The notes: a model not told the origin generated them from the sequence alone. A DNA stretch of 64,000 bases from Pseudomonadota bacterium (GCA_021845905.1 JAJZVA010000006.1:74264-138263), one strand, 5' to 3'. Numbered from the stretch's first letter, positions 53,609-64,000 are shown. Numbers and translations are program-made.

Positions 53609-53620
53609 AAATTCACGTTT

Positions 53621-54522
53621 CTAGAAAGTGATTTTGGCCATAGGCGCCCGCGGCGCGGTGTGCGGCGTTTTTGCGCCGCTTTCGTGCCTGTCGAGAAATG
53701 CGCGCGCAGGCGACGTGATGCGGCTATTGCCGTCCGCTGTCTCGATAAAGGCTTTTGCCATGATCCTGGCCGCCTGCGGATCTTTTTTCGCGAAGCTCTC
53801 CATCGATTTGGGCAACTGTTCCGCGGCAATCGCCTTCACCCCCTCGTCCAGACCTTTGATATCAAGCATGCTACGGCACATGCTTGCAACGGCATGCGGA
53901 TCGTATTTATCGAGCGTTGCGAGATTTTTCTTCAACCGCGTCATTTCCTCTTCCATCATGTTCGGGGCGACCGTACCGTCTATAAAGCCCTGTATCGACA
54001 TGCCGACCATGCCGCGCGAGGCGTGCGGCCGTGATCGACCCGAGAATGGTGGCTGCCACCGCCTCGGGAGAGGCGTTTTCCGCTGAAAAATGGGTTTCTA
54101 TCTGGTCAGGACGGATCGTCTGCTGCCCCGCCTTGCCCATGGGATAGCGGTCCTGATCGTCCGCGGCGAGCGACATGTCCTTCACCAGCATGAAATGCGA
54201 CGTACGCGTGTCCTTGAAACCGTCGTCCTGCATAGACGCTTTGACAAATTCCTCAATCTTTCGGCGAAAACGGTCCACCAGCTTGTCGGCATTTTTTTTC
54301 GATGACATCGTTTAAAAGCCATTTACTGCGCCCGGATGCTTTTTCGTCGTTGGTCAGAAGCGTGTCGAGACGGGAAACGGCGATCGCATCCCCGTGCAAC
54401 GGCCCCTCCAGATGCTTTTGCATGTGCTCCGTGCTGCTGACATGGCGCAAGCCGTAGCTGTTATTCATCAGGAACAGGATATCGTCTTTTGAAAACGCCC
54501 CGGCTGGAGATTTTTGATCCAT
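53621..54522 (-). pseudogene. hypothetical gene split into three overlapping reading frames
   Basis: ORFs 54522-54253, 54308-53907 and 54010-53621 overlap head to tail; first frame change coincides with an A8 run (T8 at 54292-54299). Confidence 0.4.
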
Positions 54523-54670
54523 GTTTGCAGTACCGCGCTTCCCATTATTATACTTGCATGATACATATTTTAATATGTAAATATTAATAATCCTTTAAAA
54601 CCTCTTTATACGGCAGCGTATCCATTGTATTTTCAAGAAAATTATCCTTTCCTGAACCTGCGAAGACACT

Positions 54671-55264
54671 ATGCCCAAGTCTTTATTCAACATACCCAAT
54701 CTGCTCTCCTTCTACCGCATCATGGTGGTGCCGTTGCTGACGATCTTCTTTTTCATCGGCGGCGAAACGGCGACGTGGATCGCGACGTTCCTCTTCTTCT
54801 GGGCCTGCATATCCGACTATCTCGACGGCGTCATCGCGCGGCGGACGGGTCAAAGCACCATCTTCGGCAAGTTCATCGATTCCACCTCGGATAAAATCCT
54901 CATCGGCAGCGTGATGATGCTGCTGGTGTCGTTCGGCCGCCTGACGGGTCCGTGGATCCTCTGCGCGCTGCTGATCTTCATCCGCGAAATCCTCGTCGCA
55001 GGCCTGCGCGAGTTTCTCGGCCAATACAACGTCGCCGTGCCCGTCACCTGGATGGGCAAATGGAAGACGGCCACGCAAATGTTCGCCAGCGGTTTCGTGA
55101 TGGCCGGCAATTACGGGCCGAAGCTCGTGCCGCATTCCTACGCCATCGGCAAAGGCGCCTTCATCATCGCCACGCTGATGACGCTGATCTCCGGATGGGA
55201 TTATTTGAGCGCCGGAATAAAAACGCTCCGCCGCCTGGAAAACGAAAAGGCCAGAGAAGTTTAA
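54671..55264 (+). CDS. pgsA: CDP-diacylglycerol--glycerol-3-phosphate 3-phosphatidyltransferase
   Basis: CDP-alcohol phosphatidyltransferase motif DYLDGVIARRTGQSTIFGKFIDSTSDK. Confidence 0.9.
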   Translation: MPKSLFNIPNLLSFYRIMVVPLLTIFFFIGGETATWIATFLFFWACISDYLDGVIARRTGQSTIFGKFIDSTSDKILIGSVMMLLVSFGRLTGPWILCALLIFIREILVAGLREFLGQYNVAVPVTWMGKWKTATQMFASGFVMAGNYGPKLVPHSYAIGKGAFIIATLMTLISGWDYLSAGIKTLRRLENEKAREV

Positions 55265-55268
55265 TCCT

Positions 55269-56180
55269 TCAAACGCCCGGCTTCAGCATCGTCCGCCGCG
55301 TTTCGTGGCGGATGAGATAGGCGCCGGAGGCGATCAGCAACGCCGCGCCGACCATCACCTGCATGCCGGGCACCTCGCTGAAAATGTAATATCCCAGCAG
55401 AGCGCCCCAGATGATCTGCGTGTAATGGCACGGGGCGATGGCGGCGGAGGACGTCGCGTGCTGGAACCCGTAGCCGATGCACAAAAGCCCGAGACCGTTA
55501 ACGATGCCAAGGCCGATGAAGATCAGCCATTCCGCGCCCGTCAGCGGCGCATAGTGTCCGCCGAGAAACGGCACGGCGACCACCACGTTCATCACCGCGC
55601 CGACATTGACCATCAGGAAGCGGCTCTCGTGCGGGCCGATGCGGCGGATGACCAGCAACTGGCAGGCGAAGGCCAGCGCGTTGAAAAGGATCAACCCCGA
55701 CCAGATGTTGAAAAGCCCGCTGCCCGGCCGGAAGATGAACAGCACCACGCAAAACCCGAAGATGATGACGCCGATGCGCCGCCTGTCCGCCGCCTCCTTG
55801 AGCACGACGATCGACAACAGCGCCACCCAGAAGGGCGACGTGAAAATCAGCGTGTAAAAAACCGTCAGATGGATATGCGGGAACGCGAACAGGCCGCACA
55901 GCGTGCTCACCTGCCCCAGCGCCGCGCGCGCCAGCATCAGTTTCGGCTTGTCGGTGCGGAAGGCCTTTTTGCCCTCCTTGATCGCGCCATACATCGTCAT
56001 GAAGACGATGCTGACGGCCGCCGACACCAGCATCACCTGCATTGAATAAAGATGATATTTCTCCAGCAGGGCCTTGGACCCCGCATCGCCAAGGTTGTAA
56101 AAAGCATAGCCGAGGCAGGCCATCAGGATCGGCACGACGACGCTTTTGAACGACGAAGGCGCCGAGTCCGATTGCGTCAT
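55269..56180 (-). CDS. DMT (EamA-like) family transporter
   Basis: 303-aa polytopic membrane protein with ~10 hydrophobic segments. Confidence 0.7.
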   Translation of the reverse strand: MTQSDSAPSSFKSVVVPILMACLGYAFYNLGDAGSKALLEKYHLYSMQVMLVSAAVSIVFMTMYGAIKEGKKAFRTDKPKLMLARAALGQVSTLCGLFAFPHIHLTVFYTLIFTSPFWVALLSIVVLKEAADRRRIGVIIFGFCVVLFIFRPGSGLFNIWSGLILFNALAFACQLLVIRRIGPHESRFLMVNVGAVMNVVVAVPFLGGHYAPLTGAEWLIFIGLGIVNGLGLLCIGYGFQHATSSAAIAPCHYTQIIWGALLGYYIFSEVPGMQVMVGAALLIASGAYLIRHETRRTMLKPGV

Positions 56181-57499
56181 GTAAAAACCCTTTTGCGGAT
56201 GAGTTCAGGCGGCGGCGCGGGCGCGTCCGTCATGGCATCAGACAAAACCTTCGCCATATGATTGAAATCCGTCTGCGTTTTCGCGTGGATCGTGGCGAGC
56301 GGTCTTGCGCCCCTGCCGACCTCCTCGCCGATCTGCGCCACGTTCGTCAGACCCACGGCATGGTTGACCGTATCCGTGGGCTTGGCGCGTCCGCCGCCGA
56401 TCTCGACGATGCCGATGCCGATCGCCCGTGCGTTGACGGCGGAAACGCGGAAATTGCGCGCGGGATAAAAATCCTTCACCACCGGCGCGGACGCGAGATG
56501 CCGCGCGGGCTTGTCCATGAAATCAGCAGGGCCTCCGAGCGTCGCCACCATGCGCGCGAAATGCTCCGCCGCCTGTCCGTTTTTCAACACCGTTTCTATT
56601 TTCATCCGCGCCGCGCCGGTATCCTTCGCCAGTTTGCCGATGACCAGCAGCTCCGCCGTCAGCGCCAGCGTCACCTCGTGCAGGCGCGGATCGATGTTTT
56701 TATGTTGCAGGTATTCCACGGCTTCGACAACCTCGACCGCGTTGCCCGCCGTGCGGCCCAGCACCTCGTTCATGTCGGTGAGCAATCCCACGGTCGGCAG
56801 TCCCGCGCCGTTCGCGACATGCACGATGCTCTCCGCGAGCGCCACGGCATCTTCGTATTTCTGCATGAAGGCGCCGGTGCCGAACTTCACGTCCATCACC
56901 AGCCCCTGCAATCCCGCGGCGAGCTTCTTCGACAAGATCGACGCCGTGATGAGATCGAGCGATTCGACCGTGCCCGTCACATCGCGGATGGCGTACATGA
57001 TGCGGTCGGCGGGCGCGAGATCCGGCGTCGCGCCGATGATCGCGCAGCCCGTCCCGCGCACGGTCTTTCTGAACAGCGCGATATCCGGCTGCGACACGTA
57101 CCCCGGGATCGCGTCCATTTTATCGAGCGTGCCGCCGGTGTGGCCAAGGCCGCGGCCCGAGAGCATCGGCACGAAACCGCCGCAGGCCGCGACGATCGGC
57201 GCGAGCATCAGCGACACTTTGTCTCCGACGCCGCCGGTGGAATGCTTGTCGAGCACGGGGCCGGGAAGATTTTCGGATGTCCACTCCATCACCGTGCCGG
57301 AACGCGCCATCGCCGCCGTGAGCGCGACGCGCTCGTCCATGTCCATTTTTTTCAGCAGCACCGCCATGCAAAACGCGGCGACCTGCCCCTCGCTCACCGT
57401 CTTCGCCGGAACGCCCTTGATGAACGCGGCGATCTCGTCGGCGGAGAGTTTCATCCCGTCGCGTTTTCTGCGAATGATTTCCTGTGGCAGCATGCTCAA
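56177..57499 (-). CDS. deoA: thymidine phosphorylase
   Basis: LPQEIIRRKRDGMKLSADEIAAFIKG...HSTGGVGDKVSL. Confidence 0.9.
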   Translation of the reverse strand: MSMLPQEIIRRKRDGMKLSADEIAAFIKGVPAKTVSEGQVAAFCMAVLLKKMDMDERVALTAAMARSGTVMEWTSENLPGPVLDKHSTGGVGDKVSLMLAPIVAACGGFVPMLSGRGLGHTGGTLDKMDAIPGYVSQPDIALFRKTVRGTGCAIIGATPDLAPADRIMYAIRDVTGTVESLDLITASILSKKLAAGLQGLVMDVKFGTGAFMQKYEDAVALAESIVHVANGAGLPTVGLLTDMNEVLGRTAGNAVEVVEAVEYLQHKNIDPRLHEVTLALTAELLVIGKLAKDTGAARMKIETVLKNGQAAEHFARMVATLGGPADFMDKPARHLASAPVVKDFYPARNFRVSAVNARAIGIGIVEIGGGRAKPTDTVNHAVGLTNVAQIGEEVGRGARPLATIHAKTQTDFNHMAKVLSDAMTDAPAPPPELIRKRVFT

Positions 57500-57684
57500 T
57501 TCGTCCTGTTTCCGCGGCGCGGCAAAATCGCCACATCAGCATACAGAAAATTCTTTAAAAAAATGAGTGGCTTCAATAAATTTTCGGATTTTTTATGTCT
57601 AACCAGCGCGTTCATTTTGCTTCATGCTTATGATATGCTAGTTTTCATGCCTGTTCCGGTTTCATTCCCTTTATAAAAGAAAAG

Positions 57685-59040
57685 GTGCATCCCATGTCCG
57701 CTTCGCAATCTTCCGCCGCGCAAAAACCCGCCGCCGGCAACCTCGAACCCTTCTGGATGCCTTTCTCTGCCAACCGCAACTTCAAGAAAAATCCGCGCCT
57801 GTTCGTCGCGGCGGAGGGCATGCATTACATCACCGACGACGGGCGCAAGGTGCTCGACGGCACCGCCGGTCTCTGGTGCAGCAACATCGGCCATTGCCAC
57901 CCGAACGTCGTCGCCGCCGTGCAAAAGCAGATCGCCACGCTCGACTACGCCTCCGCCTTCCAGATGGGCCACCCGAAAGCGTTCGAACTCGCCGGGCGCG
58001 TCGCCGACCTCATGCCCGGCACGCTCGACCACGTGTTCTTCACCAACTCCGGCTCGGAAGCCGTCGACACCGCCCTCAAAATCGCCCTCGCCTACCACGC
58101 CCACAAAGGACAGGGTAGCCGCACGCGCTTTATCGGGCGCGAGCGCGCCTATCACGGCGTCGGCTTCGGCGGCATCTCCGTCTGCGGACTGGTCAACAAC
58201 CGCAAGCTCTTCGGCCCGTTGCTGCCCGGCGTCGACCATCTGCCACACACCCACGGCCTCAAGGAAAACCTTTTCAGCCGCGGCCTGCCCAAACACGGCG
58301 CGCACCTCGCCGACGAGCTTGAACGTCTTGTCGGCCTGCACGGCGCGGAAACCATCGCCGCGGTGATCGTCGAGCCTGTCGCGGGCGCGACCGGCGTATT
58401 GCTGCCGCCGGAAAGCTATCTCAAGCGCCTGCGCGAGATTTGCACCAAACACGGCATCCTGATGATCATGGACGAAGTGGTGACCGCTTTCGGGCGCCTT
58501 GGCAACGCCGCGACGGCGTCGGAACTCTTCGGCATCCAGCCCGACATCGTCACCATCGCAAAAGGGCTGACCTCCGGCACCATCCCGATGGGCGGGGTCG
58601 TGGTCGACAAGAAAATATACGACGCCTTCATGCAAGGGCCGGAAAGCGCCATCGAGTTCTTCCACGGCTACACCTATTCCGGCCATCCGGTCGCCGCCGC
58701 CGCAGGGCTTGCGACGCTCGACGTCTACCGCGACGAAAAACTTTTCGCCCGCACGGCGGAGCTCGCGCCCCACTGGGAAAACGCGATGCACGCGCTCAAG
58801 GGACTGCCGCATGTCGCGGACATCCGCAACTTCGGGCTCATCGGCGCGGTCGAGCTGGAACCGGTCGCCGGAAAGCCCGGCGCGCGCGGCTTCGACACTT
58901 TCCTCCACTGCTTCGAAAAGAACGTGCTGATCCGCGCCGCGGGCGACATCATGGTGCTCTCGCCGCCGCTGATCATCTCCAAAGAACAGATCGACGAAAT
59001 TTTCGGCACGCTCGCCGACGCGCTCAAAAAGCTGGCCTGA
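57685..59040 (+). CDS. class-III (omega-amino acid:pyruvate type) aminotransferase
   Basis: FWMPFSANRNFKKNPRLFVAAEGMHYITDDGRKVLDGTAGLWCSNIGH. Confidence 0.85.
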   Translation: MHPMSASQSSAAQKPAAGNLEPFWMPFSANRNFKKNPRLFVAAEGMHYITDDGRKVLDGTAGLWCSNIGHCHPNVVAAVQKQIATLDYASAFQMGHPKAFELAGRVADLMPGTLDHVFFTNSGSEAVDTALKIALAYHAHKGQGSRTRFIGRERAYHGVGFGGISVCGLVNNRKLFGPLLPGVDHLPHTHGLKENLFSRGLPKHGAHLADELERLVGLHGAETIAAVIVEPVAGATGVLLPPESYLKRLREICTKHGILMIMDEVVTAFGRLGNAATASELFGIQPDIVTIAKGLTSGTIPMGGVVVDKKIYDAFMQGPESAIEFFHGYTYSGHPVAAAAGLATLDVYRDEKLFARTAELAPHWENAMHALKGLPHVADIRNFGLIGAVELEPVAGKPGARGFDTFLHCFEKNVLIRAAGDIMVLSPPLIISKEQIDEIFGTLADALKKLA

Positions 59041-59041
59041 C

Positions 59042-59440
59042 ATGACGGATGGAGAGATCAAGCCGAAAGTCCTGCTCATCGAGGACAACCCTTACGACGC
59101 AAAGCTCCTCAAAATCTACCTTGAGGGCGACGGCTTCGACATCATGCACGCGGAAAGCGGCCACAGGGGCATCGAGATCATGGCCAACACCCCGTACGCC
59201 TTCAACGCCGTCCTGCTCGACCGCGTTTTGCCGGACATGGACGGGCTTGAAACCCTGCGCGCGCTCAAGTTCGCGCCGCGGGGGTCGAACGTGCCGGTCA
59301 TCATGCTGACGGCGGCGATCTCTCCGCGACAGGCCGAGGAAGCGCTGCTGATCGGCGCGCATGCCTGCCTTGCGAAGCCTTACAACAAAGATGAAATCCT
59401 CGCGACGCTCAACGCCCTGCTGAAACGCAAAAGGCCGTAA
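59042..59440 (+). CDS. single-domain response regulator receiver
   Basis: KVLLIEDNPYDAKLL...VLLDRVLPDMDG...MLTA. Confidence 0.8.
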   Translation: MTDGEIKPKVLLIEDNPYDAKLLKIYLEGDGFDIMHAESGHRGIEIMANTPYAFNAVLLDRVLPDMDGLETLRALKFAPRGSNVPVIMLTAAISPRQAEEALLIGAHACLAKPYNKDEILATLNALLKRKRP

Positions 59441-59655
59441 AACCGTTTGCGCTCCGGTGAAAACCGGACTGAAACGATATCCTAAATTGCTATCCATATA
59501 TCACGCATTCTTCATAAATTTATGGCATCATGATGGAAGTGGAGGGGCATTATCCAAATCATGTATGCAGTTAAATCAATCATTTAGATCTGGCACGACT
59601 ATTGCTTCATGTCTTCGTGTAAGGCATTTGTGCCGCATTATCGCGTGGGGGTTGC

Positions 59656-60522
59656 ATGAAAAAGACACCGGATGATCCATTGACGAAACTTTCGTGGCCC
59701 GCCGCCTGGGGCGGACTTGCCGGTTTTCTTCTCATCGCCAGCGCGATCGCGCTCAGCACCAACCACCTCGTCGCCTTTTTCAGCATCGAAGGGGTGATGA
59801 TCGTTTTCGGCGGCGTGATGGCCGTCGCCTTCATGAGCTTCGGCGTGAAAGACGTCAACGCCGCGCTGCACGCCATCCACACCATGTTCCGCGAGTCTCC
59901 CGCCACTGACGACGAAATCCGCCACGACGTCGTCGACATCCTCAACTGGGCGCGCATCATCAAGGACAAAGGCACGCTCGGCCTCGAGCGCAGCATCAAC
60001 CAGACCAGCAACGCCGACCCGTTCGTCGCCTTCGGCCTGACGCTGGTGGTGAGCGATTACGCGCCGGAAGAAATCCACGCCATGATGGAGACCGCCGCCG
60101 ACGCGCGCTACGAGCGCGACAGCGGCCCCGTGCAGGTGCTGCACGCCATGGCCAGCCATGCGCCCGCCTTCGGCATGGTCGGCACGCTGATCGGCATGGT
60201 GACGATGCTTTATAATCTCAGCGGCAACCCGACCGGCATCGGCCCCGCGCTCGCCGTCTCGTTCCTTTCGACCTTTTACGGCGTCGTTTCCGCGCGGATG
60301 ATCTACATGCCCGCCGCCGCGCGCCTGACGCTCAAGCTCGACAGCCAGCGCTTCCGCAACCTTTTGCTCACCGAGGGCATGGTGCTGCTCGCCTCGAAAA
60401 AATCCTCCGTCTACGTGCAGGACAGGCTCAACAGCTTCCTTTCCCCCGAAATGCGCAACGGCCTCGTCGACATCCTGCACGAGCGCGCCCTCAAGAACAT
60501 GAAGAAGGCCGCCAGCGCATGA
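59656..60522 (+). CDS. motA: MotA/PomA-type stator channel protein
   Basis: MotA/TolQ/ExbB-like C-terminal TM pair (GMVGTLIGMV...ALAVSFLSTFYG); followed by OmpA-like partner. Confidence 0.7.
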   Translation: MKKTPDDPLTKLSWPAAWGGLAGFLLIASAIALSTNHLVAFFSIEGVMIVFGGVMAVAFMSFGVKDVNAALHAIHTMFRESPATDDEIRHDVVDILNWARIIKDKGTLGLERSINQTSNADPFVAFGLTLVVSDYAPEEIHAMMETAADARYERDSGPVQVLHAMASHAPAFGMVGTLIGMVTMLYNLSGNPTGIGPALAVSFLSTFYGVVSARMIYMPAAARLTLKLDSQRFRNLLLTEGMVLLASKKSSVYVQDRLNSFLSPEMRNGLVDILHERALKNMKKAASA

Positions 60523-61172
60523 AAAAAAGCTACCGCCATAAAACGCCCGCGCAGGACGCACACGTCAACGACTGGCTCCTCACTTATGCCGACATGATCA
60601 CGCTTTTGCTGTGCTTCTTCGCCGTGTTCCTCTCCGTCTCGGTGACGAAGCAGGATATGCTCCGCGTGCAGCAGCAGTCGCTCAACGGCTGGGGCGCGAC
60701 GGATTATTTCGGCAGCAGCCGGACGGCGGGAAAACAGCCCGTTATCGCGCCCGCCAGCGAAATGATCGGCGACCGCATCATCGCGCTCAAAATGAGCAGC
60801 CGCCTGTTCTTCGCAGCCGGCTCCGCGACGCTGACGCCGCAGGGCAAAACCATCCTCCGCAAGGAAGCCGCGATACTTCTGTCCCCGCAATACAACGGCT
60901 ATGAAATCACCGTCGAGGGCCACACCGACGACACGCCGATCCACACCGCCGAATTCCCCAACAACTGGGTGCTCTCGGCGGCGCGCGCGGGCGCAGTGGT
61001 GAGCTATTTCATCAGGCAGGGCGTCAATCCGCAAAACCTGCGCGCCGCGGGCTACGCCGACGCCTTCCCCGTCGCCCCTGACCGCGACGCGAACGGCAAA
61101 GCCATCCCCGCCAATCAGGCGAAAAACCGCCGCGTCGTCATCAAATTGCAGAAAATCGGATCGGCGGAGTAA
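60519..61172 (+). CDS. motB: MotB-type OmpA-domain stator protein
   Basis: N-terminal WLLTYADMITLLLCFF; C-terminal GHTDDTPIHTAEFPNNWVLSAARA. Confidence 0.75.
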   Translation: MKKSYRHKTPAQDAHVNDWLLTYADMITLLLCFFAVFLSVSVTKQDMLRVQQQSLNGWGATDYFGSSRTAGKQPVIAPASEMIGDRIIALKMSSRLFFAAGSATLTPQGKTILRKEAAILLSPQYNGYEITVEGHTDDTPIHTAEFPNNWVLSAARAGAVVSYFIRQGVNPQNLRAAGYADAFPVAPDRDANGKAIPANQAKNRRVVIKLQKIGSAE

Positions 61173-61176
61173 ACCG

Positions 61177-61596
61177 CTACTCCCGCTCCTTGCGCCGGAA
61201 GCCTTCAAGGCCGATCTCGTCGAGTTCCTTCGACTCTTTCAATGCGCGTTCGGCGGCTTCGAGGCGGTCGCGCTCGGCCTGCGTCATCTCGTATTTCTTG
61301 AGCTCGCTGAAGGTCTCCATCATGCTGTCTTTCGCCGCCTCGATCTGTTTTTCCAGCCCGGCTTTCTGCGCGTCCAGTTCCTCCTGCCGCTGTTTGACTT
61401 TCGCGGCATAGCCGGTGAAAGTGAAATTGACGTCGCCGCTCGCGCGCACCAGTTCCTTCTCGCGTTCGAAATCGCGGTCGAGGTCGCGCCGCCGTCGCTC
61501 CACATCCTCCACCGCCGTATAAAGGACGGCGAGCGCCTGACGCTTCTCGTCAAGTTCGTGCTTGTGCAGGCGGATCAATGTCGAAAGGTCGGCCAT
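61177..61596 (-). CDS. fliJ: flagellar export chaperone FliJ-like coiled-coil protein
   Basis: 139-aa coiled coil immediately downstream of fliI. Confidence 0.65.
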   Translation of the reverse strand: MADLSTLIRLHKHELDEKRQALAVLYTAVEDVERRRRDLDRDFEREKELVRASGDVNFTFTGYAAKVKQRQEELDAQKAGLEKQIEAAKDSMMETFSELKKYEMTQAERDRLEAAERALKESKELDEIGLEGFRRKERE

Positions 61597-61611
61597 GGCT
61601 GTTCGTTACCG

Positions 61612-62967
61612 CTATTGTTTCCGTGCGGCGTCGAGCACCTGCGCCAGCCTGTTGTAGCCCTCGTCGAGCGAGGTTTTCTCATCCGGCCGCTGGGCGAGGA
61701 ACGTGTCCAGCGCTGGATAAATCCTGATCGCCTCGTCGACCTTCGGATCCGAACCCTGACGGTACGCGCCGAGGCGGATCAGTTCCGCCATGTCTTCATA
61801 CGTCGACATGATCTCGCGCCCGCGCCGCACCAGATCGGCCTGCTCCTGCGTGAGACAGCGCGGCATGGAGCGCGAAATGCTGCGCAGGATATTGATCGCG
61901 GGATAGCGTCCGCGGTCGGCGATCGCGCGTTCCAAAACCACATGGCCGTCGATGATGCCGCGCACCGCGTCGGCGATCGGCTCGTTGTGATCGTCGCCTT
62001 CCACCAGCACGGAGAAGAACGCCGTGATGTCGCCGCTGTTGTTCACGCCCGGGCCAGCGCGCTCCAGCAGTTTCGCAAGTTCGGAAAACGTCGTCGGCGG
62101 ATAGCCCTTGCTGGTCGGCGGCTCGCCCGCCGAAAGGCCGATCTCGCGCTGCGCCATGGCGAAACGCGTCACGGAGTCCATCATGCATAAAACCTGCTTG
62201 CCCTGATTGCGGAAGTATTCCGAAATCGCCAGCGTCATGTACGCGCCCTGACGGCGCATCAGCGGCGCTTCGTCTCCCGTCGAGACGATGACCACGCTGC
62301 GCTTCAGACCTTCCGGCCCCAAATCTTCTTCTATAAATTCCTTCACTTCGCGGCCGCGCTCGCCGATCAGCCCGATGACGCTGACGTCCGCCGCCGTGTA
62401 GCGCGCCAGCATCGACATCATCACCGATTTGCCGACGCCCGAGCCCGCGAAGATCCCCATACGCTGTCCGCGGCAGGTGGAGAGAAAACTGTTGATGGCG
62501 CGGACGCCCAGATCCAGCTTGTCGCCGAGGCGTTTGCGGTCGTGCGCCGCGGGCGGCGGACTGCGCAGCGGCATCGCCACGCTGCCGGTCATCAGCGGCC
62601 CCTTGCCGTCGATCGGCTCGCCCATCGCGTTGATCACACGGCCCAGCCACGACGGATCCGGAAACACCGAAGCTTGCGACTCCGCCACTTCGGCGCGGCA
62701 GCCGAGCCCCACGTGGTCGAGCGGCTTGAACGGCATGACCAGCGCACGGCCCTGCCCGCCCTCGGCGCGAAAGCCGACGACTTCGCACGGCACCGGCGCG
62801 GCGCCACGCGGCGTGAGCGTGCAGCGGTCGCCGATGGAAAGCTCGCGCTCCACCCCGCCGACCTCGACCAGAAGCCCGAGAATTTTCGTCACGCGCCCGA
62901 AAAGCCGGTATTCCGCCAAGCCGTCGATCCGCGCCGCCAGACTGTCGATGAACTGCTGTCCCGCCAT
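61612..62967 (-). CDS. fliI: flagellum-specific ATPase
   Basis: [17 protein letters not shown] Walker A; F1-ATPase-beta-like architecture. Confidence 0.9.
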   Translation of the reverse strand: MAGQQFIDSLAARIDGLAEYRLFGRVTKILGLLVEVGGVERELSIGDRCTLTPRGAAPVPCEVVGFRAEGGQGRALVMPFKPLDHVGLGCRAEVAESQASVFPDPSWLGRVINAMGEPIDGKGPLMTGSVAMPLRSPPPAAHDRKRLGDKLDLGVRAINSFLSTCRGQRMGIFAGSGVGKSVMMSMLARYTAADVSVIGLIGERGREVKEFIEEDLGPEGLKRSVVIVSTGDEAPLMRRQGAYMTLAISEYFRNQGKQVLCMMDSVTRFAMAQREIGLSAGEPPTSKGYPPTTFSELAKLLERAGPGVNNSGDITAFFSVLVEGDDHNEPIADAVRGIIDGHVVLERAIADRGRYPAINILRSISRSMPRCLTQEQADLVRRGREIMSTYEDMAELIRLGAYRQGSDPKVDEAIRIYPALDTFLAQRPDEKTSLDEGYNRLAQVLDAARKQ

Positions 62968-63046
62968 TTAAAATACCCCTGTCTTCCATTATATATCGGA
63001 ATGCGCGGGAAGGATAGTGGCCTGTTATGCCCTTATTTATGCGTTA

Positions 63047-63991
63047 TTAAGGTAGCGGACGGCATCGCCTGAAACTCACCACTTTCAATTTTCCGCTGTC
63101 GTCGCGCACCGTCACGCGCGACGCTTTCAAAAACGCCTTGCGCAGGACGGTGGTCAGCTTTTTCTGGTCGTCGTTCGCCGCGCCCCAGAAGGTATCGGCC
63201 AGAGACGGGCGCAAAATCTGTTTCAGCAGAATATCGGGAGACATCTTCGCCAGATAATTGCCCGTGCCGGAAAAGCTCCGTCCTAGGCTGAGGACGCTTT
63301 GCATGTCATCGACGTCAATGCCGGGCGTAAACCGTGAAACATAGGCCTGAAATTCGAAATTACGCCGCGGCAAGTCGCCCGCGTAAACGCCCCATGCACG
63401 TCCGAGCCTCTTGCTGCAAGCATCCCCATAGTAGACAGACGAGGTTTCAAACCATTTTTTGAATTCGGCTATCAATATGCCATTCGTATCGCGCAAAGAC
63501 TGCTCCTCGAACTCAAGCGACTCCCGACGCCGCATGCGTACGACTTCGCGTATGCGCTGGCGGTTTTCTCTTTCACGCGGGGATTTCAACGGCGGCTCTT
63601 TTGCTTCAGCCGCCTCGATTTCTTTTATAGCCTGCTTTCTAAAAGCCAAATTCATTTGCCGCCCCACCAGCCTGCCATAGGCCTTGGCATCGGCCTCGTA
63701 GAGTGCAACCTGCAAAAGTTCCCTGCTGAATTCACTGATGAGGATATTCCGTTTTATACCGATATACCCATGATAGTCCTGCCAGGCATGGCGTATCTCG
63801 TGCCCCATCACCTCGAACGCGAAATCCTCCATGGTCTCGGGAGACGCGTATTTCGCCGCGATCGCCACAACACCTGCGCCGGGCGTATAATATCCGCCGC
63901 AGTTGACAGCCGTGCGGTCGATAAAAAATTTGATGCCGTGCGCGCGCGCCCATTTTATTTCCTCGGCAAGCAGGGGGGATGCCGCAGCCAT
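63047..63991 (-). CDS. hypothetical protein with HExxH motif
   Basis: FEVMGHEIRHAWQDYHG; no family recognised. Confidence 0.5.
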   Translation of the reverse strand: MAAASPLLAEEIKWARAHGIKFFIDRTAVNCGGYYTPGAGVVAIAAKYASPETMEDFAFEVMGHEIRHAWQDYHGYIGIKRNILISEFSRELLQVALYEADAKAYGRLVGRQMNLAFRKQAIKEIEAAEAKEPPLKSPRERENRQRIREVVRMRRRESLEFEEQSLRDTNGILIAEFKKWFETSSVYYGDACSKRLGRAWGVYAGDLPRRNFEFQAYVSRFTPGIDVDDMQSVLSLGRSFSGTGNYLAKMSPDILLKQILRPSLADTFWGAANDDQKKLTTVLRKAFLKASRVTVRDDSGKLKVVSFRRCRPLP

Positions 63992-64000
63992 TCTAAAAAT

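Noticed and set aside
56258-57676. 472-aa and 351-aa plus-strand ORFs
   Set aside because: Antisense to, or out of frame with, the clear thymidine phosphorylase gene. Low-complexity Arg/His-rich translation.
57628-59088. 486-aa minus-strand ORF
   Set aside because: Antisense shadow of the class-III aminotransferase gene.
59638-61208. 307-aa and 265-aa minus-strand ORFs
   Set aside because: Antisense to the motA/motB-like pair. No motifs, with a typical GC-rich shadow composition.
61796-62989. 397-aa ORF in another minus-strand frame over fliI
   Set aside because: Arg/Gly/Ala-rich alternative frame of fliI. The fliI frame carries the Walker motifs.

Overview
GC-rich chromosomal window. The gene content (uvrC-pgsA neighbourhood, flagellar genes) looks alphaproteobacterial, but that is inference only.

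**Host flanks.** Host genes occupy 1-3650 and 51200-64000.
- Left flank: a WrbA-like protein, two aldo/keto reductases, an ArsR regulator and a Q/Y/P-rich secreted protein.
- Right flank: uvrC, pgsA, a DMT transporter, deoA, a class-III aminotransferase, a receiver protein, motAB-like genes, fliJ and fliI.

**Split host tRNA.** Between the flanks, a resident intron-less tRNA-Leu(UAA) gene is split inside its anticodon loop. On the minus strand its 5' part is 51204->51164 and its 3' part is 3860->3806. The ~47 kb between the halves is two tandem integrative elements. They are delimited by three copies of an 11-bp core, GACTTAAAATC, at 3850-3860, 8341-8351 and 51164-51174. Each element has its own arm-type repeats.

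**Small element (3861-8340).** It carries two hypothetical genes, an AbiEi/AbiEii pair, a tRNA and a tyrosine integrase.

**Large element (8352-51163).** It looks like an integrative mobilizable element. It has a relaxase, MobC and a coupling protein, but no mating-pair genes.
- Defence arm:
  - an XRE + ImmA/IrrE regulator pair with an ExoI-like nuclease
  - a Ubl-E2-JAB-E1 Bil-type operon
  - a Gabija-like OLD/UvrD pair
  - an operon with a HEPN-DUF499 ATPase, a DUF1156 methyltransferase and an SNF2 helicase-nuclease
  - an AbiE pair
- Transfer/anti-restriction arm:
  - ArdC, ArdA, DUF2958 and ParB-like genes
  - an IS110 insertion
  - a VirK/sulfotransferase/GT2 cargo cluster

**Most unusual observation.** Neither junction rebuilds the host tRNA. 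Instead, each element carries a complete tRNA-Leu(UAA) gene directly downstream of its integrase. That gene is interrupted between U34 and A35 by a 225-231 nt group I intron of the cyanobacterial/plastid tRNA-Leu type. The intron therefore sits exactly in the middle of the integrase core sequence.

**Other notable structures.**
- Three copies of a covarying hairpin element lie in the leaders of transfer-arm operons.
- A ~400-nt ladder of GC-rich mini-hairpins lies upstream of mobC.
- Gene-fragment scars mark defence-cassette turnover: a 62-bp inverted duplicate of the gajB-like 3' end, a truncated AAA gene start, and an SNF2 N-terminal fragment.
- The coupling protein is fused to a CbbX-like AAA+ module.
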